This document shows positions 37,606-45,444 of a stretch of 64,000 nucleotides of DNA, in pieces. Position numbers and translations under genes: made by a program. The stretch spans positions 1 through 64,000 of the IMG/VR virus record IMGVR_UViG_3300042515_001753; one strand, given 5' to 3'. The notes beneath the pieces are model-generated. The model searched no databases, was not told the DNA's origin, and saw only the letters and a list, made by a program, of their open reading frames with translations. The first letter of the stretch is position 1. Each line of letters opens with the position of its first letter.

Positions 37606-37658
37606 TGTTTTCGACCTAAGTGTTTTTATTTATAAGACTTTTTTGTTAAAAAGTCAAG

Positions 37659-37732
37659 TGGAGAATATCGGACTCGAACCGATGACATCTTGCTTGCAAA
37701 GCAAGTGCTACTACCAACTGAGCTAATTCCCC
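37659..37732 (-). tRNA. tRNA-Ala(TGC)
   Basis: Loop TTTGCAA; G3-U70. Confidence 0.95.
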
Positions 37733-37735
37733 AAG

Positions 37736-37809
37736 CGTCCCGAGCTGGATTCGAACCAGCGACCCACATCTTAGAAGGATGTTGCACTAATCCGCTGTGC
37801 TATCGGGAC
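37736..37809 (-). tRNA. tRNA-Arg(TCT)
   Basis: Loop CTTCTAA. Confidence 0.95.
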
Positions 37810-37922
37810 ATAAGGAACCTCCCTGTTTGTGCTTCTATGAGAGGCATGGGAGGTGTGGGATTTATAAGAAGTTTGGACCTCCTCCACCCGTGAACCTACT
37901 ATAAGGCATCAGGGTACTAAAG

Positions 37923-38111
37923 TCAACCCTTTGCTTCCTTACGGGCGTTCTTCTCTTCGGTAATCTCGCCTCTACGGGTCTTGACGAGTTTGGCAACTTC
38001 CTGAAGTGCCTTACGGGCACGAGTACCGGCGGCACTATTACCAGCAGTGAACTTTTCGTCTTCTACTTTCCACGCTTCAATAGCAGTCAGTAGTTCTTGT
38101 GATACAGACAT
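37923..38111 (-). CDS. Small basic protein, histone H1-like Hc1 N-terminal-like
   Basis: EKFTAGNSAAGTRARKALQE; GGAG RBS before the ATG at 38111. Confidence 0.7.
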   Translation of the reverse strand: MSVSQELLTAIEAWKVEDEKFTAGNSAAGTRARKALQEVAKLVKTRRGEITEEKNARKEAKG

Positions 38112-38148
38112 AATAATCTCCAAAATAAAATAGGATATGTTTATATAG

Positions 38149-38556
38149 CTAGTTTTTGGGGCAATCAGGCATCCAGGGAGCACATAAACGCATTTCTCCG
38201 CCGAGTGACTTACATTCTTCGGTATAACACACGGATTCATCAACAGGTTTTTCTGAAAATATTGGAGCAGGAACTTCTACTGGTTTCTCTCCAGATTGTT
38301 TCCAATAATCATCAATTGCTCTATCCACATCCCGTCCAATTCTTCTTTTGAGTTTTTCATCATCTTTGATAATAAACTCATTTAGTATAGTTTGTGGAAA
38401 ATATTTTCTTTGTATCTCATCCAGTAAATCCCAAAGTTGATTGCTGGGAATACTAGAGCACTGTGAAAGTATTGCAATCACAGAAGATAGTACGACTCCT
38501 ATAATTGCATATTGTTTAATATCAGGTTTCTTCTTACCAAAATTGAAATTAAACAT
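38149..38556 (-). CDS. Hypothetical membrane-anchored protein
   Basis: N-terminal TM segment, Cys-rich C-terminus. Confidence 0.65.
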   Translation of the reverse strand: MFNFNFGKKKPDIKQYAIIGVVLSSVIAILSQCSSIPSNQLWDLLDEIQRKYFPQTILNEFIIKDDEKLKRRIGRDVDRAIDDYWKQSGEKPVEVPAPIFSEKPVDESVCYTEECKSLGGEMRLCAPWMPDCPKN

Positions 38557-38610
38557 AAAAAAAGAGGAGTATAGAACTCCTCAGTATTTATTGTGGACTT
38601 ATGATTTTTA

Positions 38611-39255
38611 TCATACTTCAGTAAGAACCATCTTATTAGCATAACCATAAGCAAAGTCAGTTCGGGCACCGTGATGACCCCAACGAATCCACTTTCTAGC
38701 AAGTCTCATATAATCAGTAATGGACTTACCAGGGGTTTTCATTTGGTTCTCAATCATCTTCCAATCACCTTCGTGTAACATATACTGCAATTGAGTATCA
38801 AGAGTGGAAGGGTCTCCACCAATACGGGCAGCAAACTTACCAAGTCCATAGTATCTTGGAGCATTTGTCCATTGGAGTATTCCTACCCCACCGCTCCTAC
38901 ACTGGTGATAAGGCACTCTAGCACCACCCTCACATATGTTAGGAGTGAAGGTAGATTCTTGTTTAATATTGCCCATAATGGTTGCTAGGGCGTTTTTGTC
39001 AGTGATTCCTCGTTTCTGTAAGAATTCCAGAGTACGGGACTCATTAGTATTACATCCTTTACAAACTAATCGTTTTACCTTAGGTTTTTCGGGAACAACC
39101 TCTTTGGTCTCTGTCTCTTGAGTTGGCGCTTCAGGAACAATTGAAAATGGTTGTACTACTGAAGATGTTGCCATACTCGGTGTTGGCAGTGTTGCCGCTG
39201 ATGTTGCAACCGCACCCAAAATCGCTACGGTTACATTTGTTAGGTTTTTAAGCAT
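38611..39255 (-). CDS. Exported cell-wall hydrolase (phage tail-lysozyme family)
   Basis: Signal-like N-terminus; ATIMGNIKQES, GILQWT, LDTQLQY. Confidence 0.85.
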   Translation of the reverse strand: MLKNLTNVTVAILGAVATSAATLPTPSMATSSVVQPFSIVPEAPTQETETKEVVPEKPKVKRLVCKGCNTNESRTLEFLQKRGITDKNALATIMGNIKQESTFTPNICEGGARVPYHQCRSGGVGILQWTNAPRYYGLGKFAARIGGDPSTLDTQLQYMLHEGDWKMIENQMKTPGKSITDYMRLARKWIRWGHHGARTDFAYGYANKMVLTEV

Positions 39256-39263
39256 TTAGTTTA

Positions 39264-39416
39264 ATAGAATTCGGCATCCGTATAGAAGAGGGGTACACCC
39301 AACTCTCGGAGGGCATCTTCCACGGCTCTAAGTGTCACGTCACAGACTCATTATGACAAAACCCACCTTTTGAGTGGGTTCCTTTGCATTATATGAGATT
39401 ATTTAGGTTTTGTCAA
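39264..39416 (-). promoter_or_regulatory. Promoter and structured 5' leader of the hydrolase gene
   Basis: TTGACA-17-TATAAT 39388-39416; stems CCCAC/GTGGG and CCGTGGAAGA/TCTTCTATACGG. Confidence 0.65.
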
Positions 39417-39494
39417 GTGTGCCAGTTTGAGAAGTGGTTAGGGGTGAATAAGTCTCCCAAGAATCTAAATACTTCAAACTACTTTTCACATTTT

Positions 39495-39689
39495 ATGCCA
39501 CGGGAGTGGAATACACCTCATAGAGAAGACTGGAACGCACCGATACATAATATGCTTAAAGCAATAGATAATCACACTCACGAGTACTTCAAGAGTGGTG
39601 ATGAATGGCATCTAAATAAGGCACAAGAACTCAGAAAATATGTTGCTGAGTTGAAGGAATGGATACACCAAACCGAAGGACGATTATGA
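39495..39689 (+). CDS. Hypothetical protein
   Basis: MPREWNTPHREDWNAPIH; late promoter CTAAATA 39465-39471. Confidence 0.7.
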   Translation: MPREWNTPHREDWNAPIHNMLKAIDNHTHEYFKSGDEWHLNKAQELRKYVAELKEWIHQTEGRL

Positions 39690-39979
39690 AATTCAAATAT
39701 CCAACACTTGATAATATAGTTCCTGTGATGGTTGCATTTGTAGCAGCAGCAATTGTTGGAATGACTTTCACAAATTATGTAATATGTAATTTCAAGGTAA
39801 TGACTAGTTTACATTATCTGTATCTTGTAAAGGCATTTGATAAAAGTGGAGCAAAACCTCCAAGTAAATGTGACGATAATACATCAGAATCAATTCAAGT
39901 TTTGATGTCTCTTCTAGCAACTATTATTGCTTTGAAGGCAAACTTAAATAAAAAACCCGAAGAAAAAGAAAATGACTGA
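39686..39979 (+). CDS. Hypothetical membrane protein
   Basis: Two hydrophobic segments; ATGA overlap. Confidence 0.65.
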   Translation: MKFKYPTLDNIVPVMVAFVAAAIVGMTFTNYVICNFKVMTSLHYLYLVKAFDKSGAKPPSKCDDNTSESIQVLMSLLATIIALKANLNKKPEEKEND

Positions 39980-40082
39980 CCCAGTATGGAGTGTAAATAT
40001 ACTATTAGGTATTGGACTTGCCGGTGCTGCTTATATCATATACTATATACTTAAATTAGCATACGAAGAAGATAATGTATAA
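39972..40082 (+). CDS. 36-aa single-TM peptide
   Basis: MTDPVWSVNILLGIGLAGAAYIIYYILKLAYEEDNV. Confidence 0.6.
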   Translation: MTDPVWSVNILLGIGLAGAAYIIYYILKLAYEEDNV

Positions 40083-40416
40083 CTATAGAATCAAGAAGAT
40101 AGAAAGAATTGTTGATGGAGACACATTAGATGTTTCAATAGATTTGGGATTCAATCTTACAACTGTTCAAAGAGTTCGTCTCAAAGGTATTAATGCAGCA
40201 GAAACAAGAACCAAAGACCTTAAAGAAAAGGCAGAAGGTCTTGCGACAAAAGCGTGGTTAGAAAAAGAACTGTCCCGAGAAGGTGAATGGGTAATTGAAA
40301 CTTTCAAAGAAGATAAGTATGGAAGAATACTCGGCACTCTTTATTTTGTTGGAGACCCAGTTACGGTGAATGAGAGAATGATAAATGAAGGAATAGCAAA
40401 ACCTTTTATGGTGTAG
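40075..40416 (+). CDS. Thermonuclease (SNase-like)
   Basis: IVDGDT, RVRLKGINAAE, DKYGRILG. Confidence 0.9.
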   Translation: MYNYRIKKIERIVDGDTLDVSIDLGFNLTTVQRVRLKGINAAETRTKDLKEKAEGLATKAWLEKELSREGEWVIETFKEDKYGRILGTLYFVGDPVTVNERMINEGIAKPFMV

Positions 40417-41023
40417 ACCAAAGTTTTCCTTCTGCTTTTCTCCTTCTTAATAATCCTGCTTCAACATTAGTTCCAGGATTACGATAGAGTTTAAGTGCTT
40501 CCGGAACTTTATCCCATTCCTTATTCTTTAGGACTCTTGTAATAGTATTGAAGTCAGGATTACCATAAAAATCTGCACCGAGATTATAAGCAAAGCAAAG
40601 TAGAGCCCCTTTTTGACTGTCATTCATTTCACTCCAGTAAGGTATTTTTTGGAGAGCAGGAATAAACTCACGACGCAGTTGATAGTAGAACAAATCATCT
40701 GCTTCTTCTTGAGTGATTTTGTTTCCAATCATAAATCGGGTTCCATCCTTTCTACGAGTGCTTCCCCAACCTATCGTAATGGGCAAACCACCTGTAAGAG
40801 GATCGTAATATGCTTTAAGATGACATTTCTCAAATTCCTTAATAAGTTCTACACCTTCAATAGGCAATCCATCAAGTGTTGGTTCTATCTTTTGATTTCT
40901 ATAAATCCTAGCAAACTCATCCAAGATTTCTTTGTGAACTGATGCCTGAAGAAATGCCCAGGCACGATTTTGATGCTCCAGGTCTTTATGGTTCTCTACG
41001 GCATCTATGAATTTGATAGTCAT
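40406..41023 (-). CDS. Lysozyme GH24 (endolysin)
   Basis: IKEFE..AYYD..TIGWG, ALLCFAYNLG, GLLRRRKAE. Confidence 0.92.
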   Translation of the reverse strand: MTIKFIDAVENHKDLEHQNRAWAFLQASVHKEILDEFARIYRNQKIEPTLDGLPIEGVELIKEFEKCHLKAYYDPLTGGLPITIGWGSTRRKDGTRFMIGNKITQEEADDLFYYQLRREFIPALQKIPYWSEMNDSQKGALLCFAYNLGADFYGNPDFNTITRVLKNKEWDKVPEALKLYRNPGTNVEAGLLRRRKAEGKLWSTP

Positions 41024-41718
41024 TTAAAGATTCTTCCCCAACCAGTTTTATCCTTACCGTTCTCTAACCATCTATACTTTAGAACTTCAACAGGATAAAC
41101 GGCACCTTTACCTTTATTTACGGGTGTAGTATAACCCGACATCAAATCCCCATATGGGTCATTACAGATATAAGATTTTCCATCAGGACTTTTTCCTATT
41201 ACACACAGCATGTGCCCACCAGTAGGAGAAGATAGAGTACCACGGTGGAGTATGCCAATAACAACGGGTCTCCCAGCAGATAACTCACGATCAAGATCAG
41301 CAAAAGAAAGATTGTAACTAAAGCGTGACTTAATTCCATAAGAATCAAGAACTTTGGTCTGAACCGTGTGATCAGTTGAGTCACCGATTGCAAACACTTT
41401 CTGAACATAGGCATCATCGCCCTTTGCTCCCTTTAAAGTACCTGGCTTAAAATACTCAAGGCACATAGCACAGGAAGAACTATTGCAAGTACGATTAGCG
41501 TCTCTATAATTATCTGTCTGAGGATAATATGGAACATTCAAAATTCCAGGAATGACTGCTTCTATTTTTGTTCTAAAGATTTTGACCCAGTTAGCAGTAT
41601 CCTCTATCAGGTCCGGACACTTACTTGCAAGATTCACTTCAAGTTGCTCTACTGCCGCAACATGTTTTGGGTTCTTTGGGTCATAATGTAGAAAAAAGTT
41701 GTGAAGGTCTATTCTCAT
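41020..41718 (-). CDS. Peptidase C39-like protein
   Basis: LNVPYYPQ, CNSSSCAM, GGH, NDPYG. Confidence 0.85.
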   Translation of the reverse strand: MRIDLHNFFLHYDPKNPKHVAAVEQLEVNLASKCPDLIEDTANWVKIFRTKIEAVIPGILNVPYYPQTDNYRDANRTCNSSSCAMCLEYFKPGTLKGAKGDDAYVQKVFAIGDSTDHTVQTKVLDSYGIKSRFSYNLSFADLDRELSAGRPVVIGILHRGTLSSPTGGHMLCVIGKSPDGKSYICNDPYGDLMSGYTTPVNKGKGAVYPVEVLKYRWLENGKDKTGWGRIFK

Positions 41719-41900
41719 TATTCGTCTCCTAAGTATTCAAGTGAAAAAACATCGTGTTCAGAAATATCGGGGTCCATCCATTCTCTAAACTCTGCCTGAA
41801 TTGCCTGAGCATCTTCAGTACCTTTATTCTCACATAATGTATGTATGCGATCAACTGCCCAATCATGTGATGTTCTTAGAGTCTGCTCTAGTAGTGTCAT
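41718..41900 (-). CDS. Hypothetical protein
   Basis: ~60-aa ORF in operon. Confidence 0.6.
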   Translation of the reverse strand: MTLLEQTLRTSHDWAVDRIHTLCENKGTEDAQAIQAEFREWMDPDISEHDVFSLEYLGDE

Positions 41901-42318
41901 CATAATAATCTTTCCGAAAATAACGATTTAGAATATTAGAATTATAGTACGCTGGAACCCCAGAGTCAAGTGATTCGGTCAGTACATTATTTAGAAAAAG
42001 TTGTCTTGTTTCCTCAAAGTTACACTTACCTTTGGTCTTATGAAGACTTATAATTTCTCTACTGAACAACTCTTTGCCATACTGAATTATATCTTCTTTC
42101 AGTTCGGGGCAAGAACCATAATAATTTTTCCAATCAGATTCTGACTTTACTTTTCTCTTCTTTCCTTTTGGTGTTCTGAACTGCCAAAGGTACTTGCGTC
42201 CAATATAATTTCTACCGGTGGTCTTACAGGATATGAGATATACGAATCCAAAATAATCTTCTATATGAGTTGACTCAAAAATCTCCCCATTATATCTCCA
42301 AGGATTCTCATAGCTCAT
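41863..42318 (-). CDS. GIY-YIG-like endonuclease
   Basis: GFVYLI..YIGRK..YYGS..YYN. Confidence 0.75.
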   Translation of the reverse strand: MSYENPWRYNGEIFESTHIEDYFGFVYLISCKTTGRNYIGRKYLWQFRTPKGKKRKVKSESDWKNYYGSCPELKEDIIQYGKELFSREIISLHKTKGKCNFEETRQLFLNNVLTESLDSGVPAYYNSNILNRYFRKDYYDDTTRADSKNIT

Positions 42319-42425
42319 TTAGTAGTCTTATAGAGCTATTATTTATCCTTCAACGGAGACAAACCTAGTCTACATAAAAAAAGGAGACTTGTCAAGCCTC
42401 CTTTAAGTTATGTTAGGATTTTAGA

Positions 42426-42824
42426 TTATAAACCTAACATTTTTTTCAGTTGTTCTCTTTTTGAATCTTCACGCTTATTGCGTTCTCCAAATAAATCGTC
42501 TCTACGACTTTTTAGACGACCTCCCATTCTTTTTGCCTTTTCTTCTCTTTCGCCTCTTGGAAGTTTATTCAATCCTTTACTTCTACCTTGATGTTGATTA
42601 TCAAGAACATTTTGTGCCTTATAAGTCGTCTTTACACCTTTATCAATTTGCTTATCAGATTGGTCTGCCGCTGCCTCAACAATAGTTCCAATAGCTTCGG
42701 CATCCATCTCCATCATTACATAATGTGCCTCTTCTACGGTCTCTACGTGCCCCTGTGAGAGGAGATACTCAAGCACAAGGTCATAGGCATCACACTCGTA
42801 AGAGTCGGTAGTAAATGTTTTCAT
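42426..42824 (-). CDS. Late hypothetical protein (possible internal head protein)
   Basis: YDLVLEYLLSQGHVETVEEA motif; TATAAATA 42843-42850. Confidence 0.65.
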   Translation of the reverse strand: MKTFTTDSYECDAYDLVLEYLLSQGHVETVEEAHYVMMEMDAEAIGTIVEAAADQSDKQIDKGVKTTYKAQNVLDNQHQGRSKGLNKLPRGEREEKAKRMGGRLKSRRDDLFGERNKREDSKREQLKKMLGL

Positions 42825-42899
42825 TTTTTTTACTTTTTTAGTTATTTATAAAAAAACCCCTCCGGGTGGAGAGGTCTTGTGATTACTTGAAAAATAATA

Positions 42900-44012
42900 T
42901 CAACCTTCTTTTTTTGGCATTTTGGCGCCAGAAGTGTGCCTTTCAGTGCCTGCAGAATCTCTATAGGTTTCTCTTTCTCTTCTTGGTGTTACATAACCTA
43001 CGCCGGGAACAGCACCAGTCTTTCCAGCATCTCTGGCAGCATTTCTTTCTGCTGCTCTTTTTGCTGCTCTTTGACGATTTTTATCGTAATTATCACCCTC
43101 ATCTAAAATACTCTGTCTCCACTCTTCACTCATATTTGCCATAATGACCAGAGCCGCTTCATTTGTATCAGCATAACCTTCGGCAACTAGGTGCTCAAGC
43201 ACAGTATCAAAAGTATCATACTCCATTTCCATATTCAGGCGCTGCTGTCTAGGAGTTGGTTTTGCAGCAGGAGTAGGCGATGTTTTTGCAACAGCAGGAG
43301 TTGGACTAAATGCAGCAGGTTTTGATGCTGCTGCTACAGTATTACTTAGTGTATTACTTGGAGCAACTTTAGGGGCACCGGCAGACTTTGCTGCCTGAAG
43401 TGCTTTCTCTGGAGATGCTCCAGATGCTCTTGCTGCTTGTGCTGCCTTCAATTCGGAGGAAGTTGGAGTTCTTCTCTCAAATGAAGTTTTACCTAACATA
43501 CCAGTTGCTGGTTTTGCCGGTGCTGTGGGTTTTGTGGGTGCTACTTTAGCGCCAGCGGGTGCTGGTGTAGCAGGTCTAGCGGCAGCGGGTGCTGCTGGTT
43601 TTGTGGCAGCGGGTGCTGGTGCTGCTGGTTTTGCGCCAGCGGGTGCTGGTGCTGCTGCTGGTTTTGCGGCAGGAGCAGGAGTAGTAGCGGGTCGTACTGA
43701 ACCAGGAGAAGAACCACTACCTCTCCTACCACCACTACCAGACCCACCAGCACTACCTGCGCCAGGAGTTGTTGGTAATGTAAAAACTGAAGAATTTTGT
43801 CCCGTGGTTCTTGCTCGACCTTGCTCTTCAAGATAAGACTCATACATCTCTTCCCAAGTATAATCACTCAGGTCATAACCCTCTTCAATAAGGCCATTTA
43901 CCCAAGTCTCAACTTCTTCCCAAACCTGCTCTTCGGTGAGTTCTTGAGGGGCATATACATTATTATATGCCTCCATCAAACCATATGCATCAGTACCAGT
44001 AAGTCTAGACAT
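42900..44012 (-). CDS. Late Pro/Ala-rich hypothetical protein
   Basis: Low-complexity PAA linker; FDTVLEHLVAEGYADTNEAA motif; TATAAATA 44039-44046. Confidence 0.7.
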   Translation of the reverse strand: MSRLTGTDAYGLMEAYNNVYAPQELTEEQVWEEVETWVNGLIEEGYDLSDYTWEEMYESYLEEQGRARTTGQNSSVFTLPTTPGAGSAGGSGSGGRRGSGSSPGSVRPATTPAPAAKPAAAPAPAGAKPAAPAPAATKPAAPAAARPATPAPAGAKVAPTKPTAPAKPATGMLGKTSFERRTPTSSELKAAQAARASGASPEKALQAAKSAGAPKVAPSNTLSNTVAAASKPAAFSPTPAVAKTSPTPAAKPTPRQQRLNMEMEYDTFDTVLEHLVAEGYADTNEAALVIMANMSEEWRQSILDEGDNYDKNRQRAAKRAAERNAARDAGKTGAVPGVGYVTPRRERETYRDSAGTERHTSGAKMPKKEG

Positions 44013-44059
44013 CTTTTCTTATAAGTTCTTTATAGTTTTATTTATAAAAAAAGAGAGCC

Positions 44060-44221
44060 TCAAGGACTCTCATTAGTTTTATTATTCAACCAAATATAAG
44101 AATAGTCGTGGTCTCCAAAAAGCACATCATCATATTCGGCAGCATCCTTATAACATTTTATAATTTCTTCTTCACACCACTCATCGTAATTTCCATCACT
44201 ATTGAGTATTTTTGGTGTCAC
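44060..44221 (-). CDS. Small acidic protein (53 aa)
   Basis: GTGA overlap with the nrdB stop; read manually. Confidence 0.5.
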   Translation of the reverse strand: MTPKILNSDGNYDEWCEEEIIKCYKDAAEYDDVLFGDHDYSYIWLNNKTNESP

Positions 44222-45399
44222 AACTTGAATCCGGAGAAAGTGTCGGGTTTTACATCAGACTTAATACCTCCAACCAAATATGAAGTTATCTCTGATTCTT
44301 GTGGTGCTATTTGTACTTCTCTTGAATTCAACCAGTGTGAGGTCCAAGGAAGAGGATTATTCTTCGCAGGAATATCATAAAGTGGGCGAAGACCAATTGC
44401 CTTCATTCTGCGGTTGGCAGTCCATTCAACATACTGGCAAAGAAGTTTATCATTCAGTCCGATCATAGAACCATCCTTGAACAAATATTCTGCCCAGAGT
44501 TTTTCTTGATTGACTGCATTCTCAAAAGTCTTATAGACCCACTGCTCTTCTTCCTGTGAGATTTTCTTCATATCTGGGTCATCACCTTCCTTCCACTTGT
44601 TGAGGATGTTCTGGGTAATGACTAGGTGCTGACTCTCATCACGGGCAATTAGACCGATGATTTTTGCACTTCCTTCCATAAGTTTGAGTTCGCCAAATGC
44701 AAAACTGCAAGCGAAACTGACGTAAAAGCGAATACCTTCAAGAATATTAACGTTTGCAACTGCTCTGAAAAGTTTTCGTTTGAGTTCATATCTTTCTGCC
44801 TGTGCGTAGGGAACTGATTCTTGGGCATGTTTCCAAAGTTCAGAAGTTCCATAATGATGGGCACTATTGATGAAATCATTATATGCTTCGGTGACACTCA
44901 CGGCACGTTCTAGGATTCTTTCATCACGAAGAATTGTATCAAAGACATCCGCAGGGTCCGAATAAACATTCTTAATGATATAGGTATATGAGCGACTATG
45001 AATCATCTCCATAAACTCCCAGACCTTCATACACGCTTCCAGTTCAGGAAGAGAGCAGTAGGGAGCAAATGCCATACCAGGACCTCTTCCCTGAACCGAA
45101 TCAAGCATAATCTGATATTTCAGATTACTCGTAAAAATATGTTTTTGTTCCTGGCGTAATGTTTGATAATCACCACGATCTTTTTGTAAGGAGATTTCTT
45201 CGGGTCTCCAAAAGTATCCAAGTTGTTGTTGAGTTAATTTATCAAAGATTGGATACTTGTAAGAATCATAACGCTGAATGCCCAGAGGTGCTCCAAAAAA
45301 CATCGGTTGCTTTTTAGTATCTACCTCCTGAGAGTTAAAAACTGTCATTTGATTGACCACATTTTTCTCCTCTAGTTTTGTTTTAAAGTTAAAATCCAT
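44218..45399 (-). CDS. nrdB: Ribonucleotide reductase class Ia beta subunit
   Basis: FWRPEEI, LDSVQGR, EMIHSRSY, LEGIRFY, RDESQH. Confidence 0.97.
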   Translation of the reverse strand: MDFNFKTKLEEKNVVNQMTVFNSQEVDTKKQPMFFGAPLGIQRYDSYKYPIFDKLTQQQLGYFWRPEEISLQKDRGDYQTLRQEQKHIFTSNLKYQIMLDSVQGRGPGMAFAPYCSLPELEACMKVWEFMEMIHSRSYTYIIKNVYSDPADVFDTILRDERILERAVSVTEAYNDFINSAHHYGTSELWKHAQESVPYAQAERYELKRKLFRAVANVNILEGIRFYVSFACSFAFGELKLMEGSAKIIGLIARDESQHLVITQNILNKWKEGDDPDMKKISQEEEQWVYKTFENAVNQEKLWAEYLFKDGSMIGLNDKLLCQYVEWTANRRMKAIGLRPLYDIPAKNNPLPWTSHWLNSREVQIAPQESEITSYLVGGIKSDVKPDTFSGFKL

Positions 45400-45444
45400 A
45401 ATTTTTTTTCTCCAAATTAACTCACACTTTTATATTTACTCAGG

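Noticed and set aside
35639-37893. ORFs across the tRNA array
   Set aside because: Explained by GC-rich tRNA and ncRNA sequence
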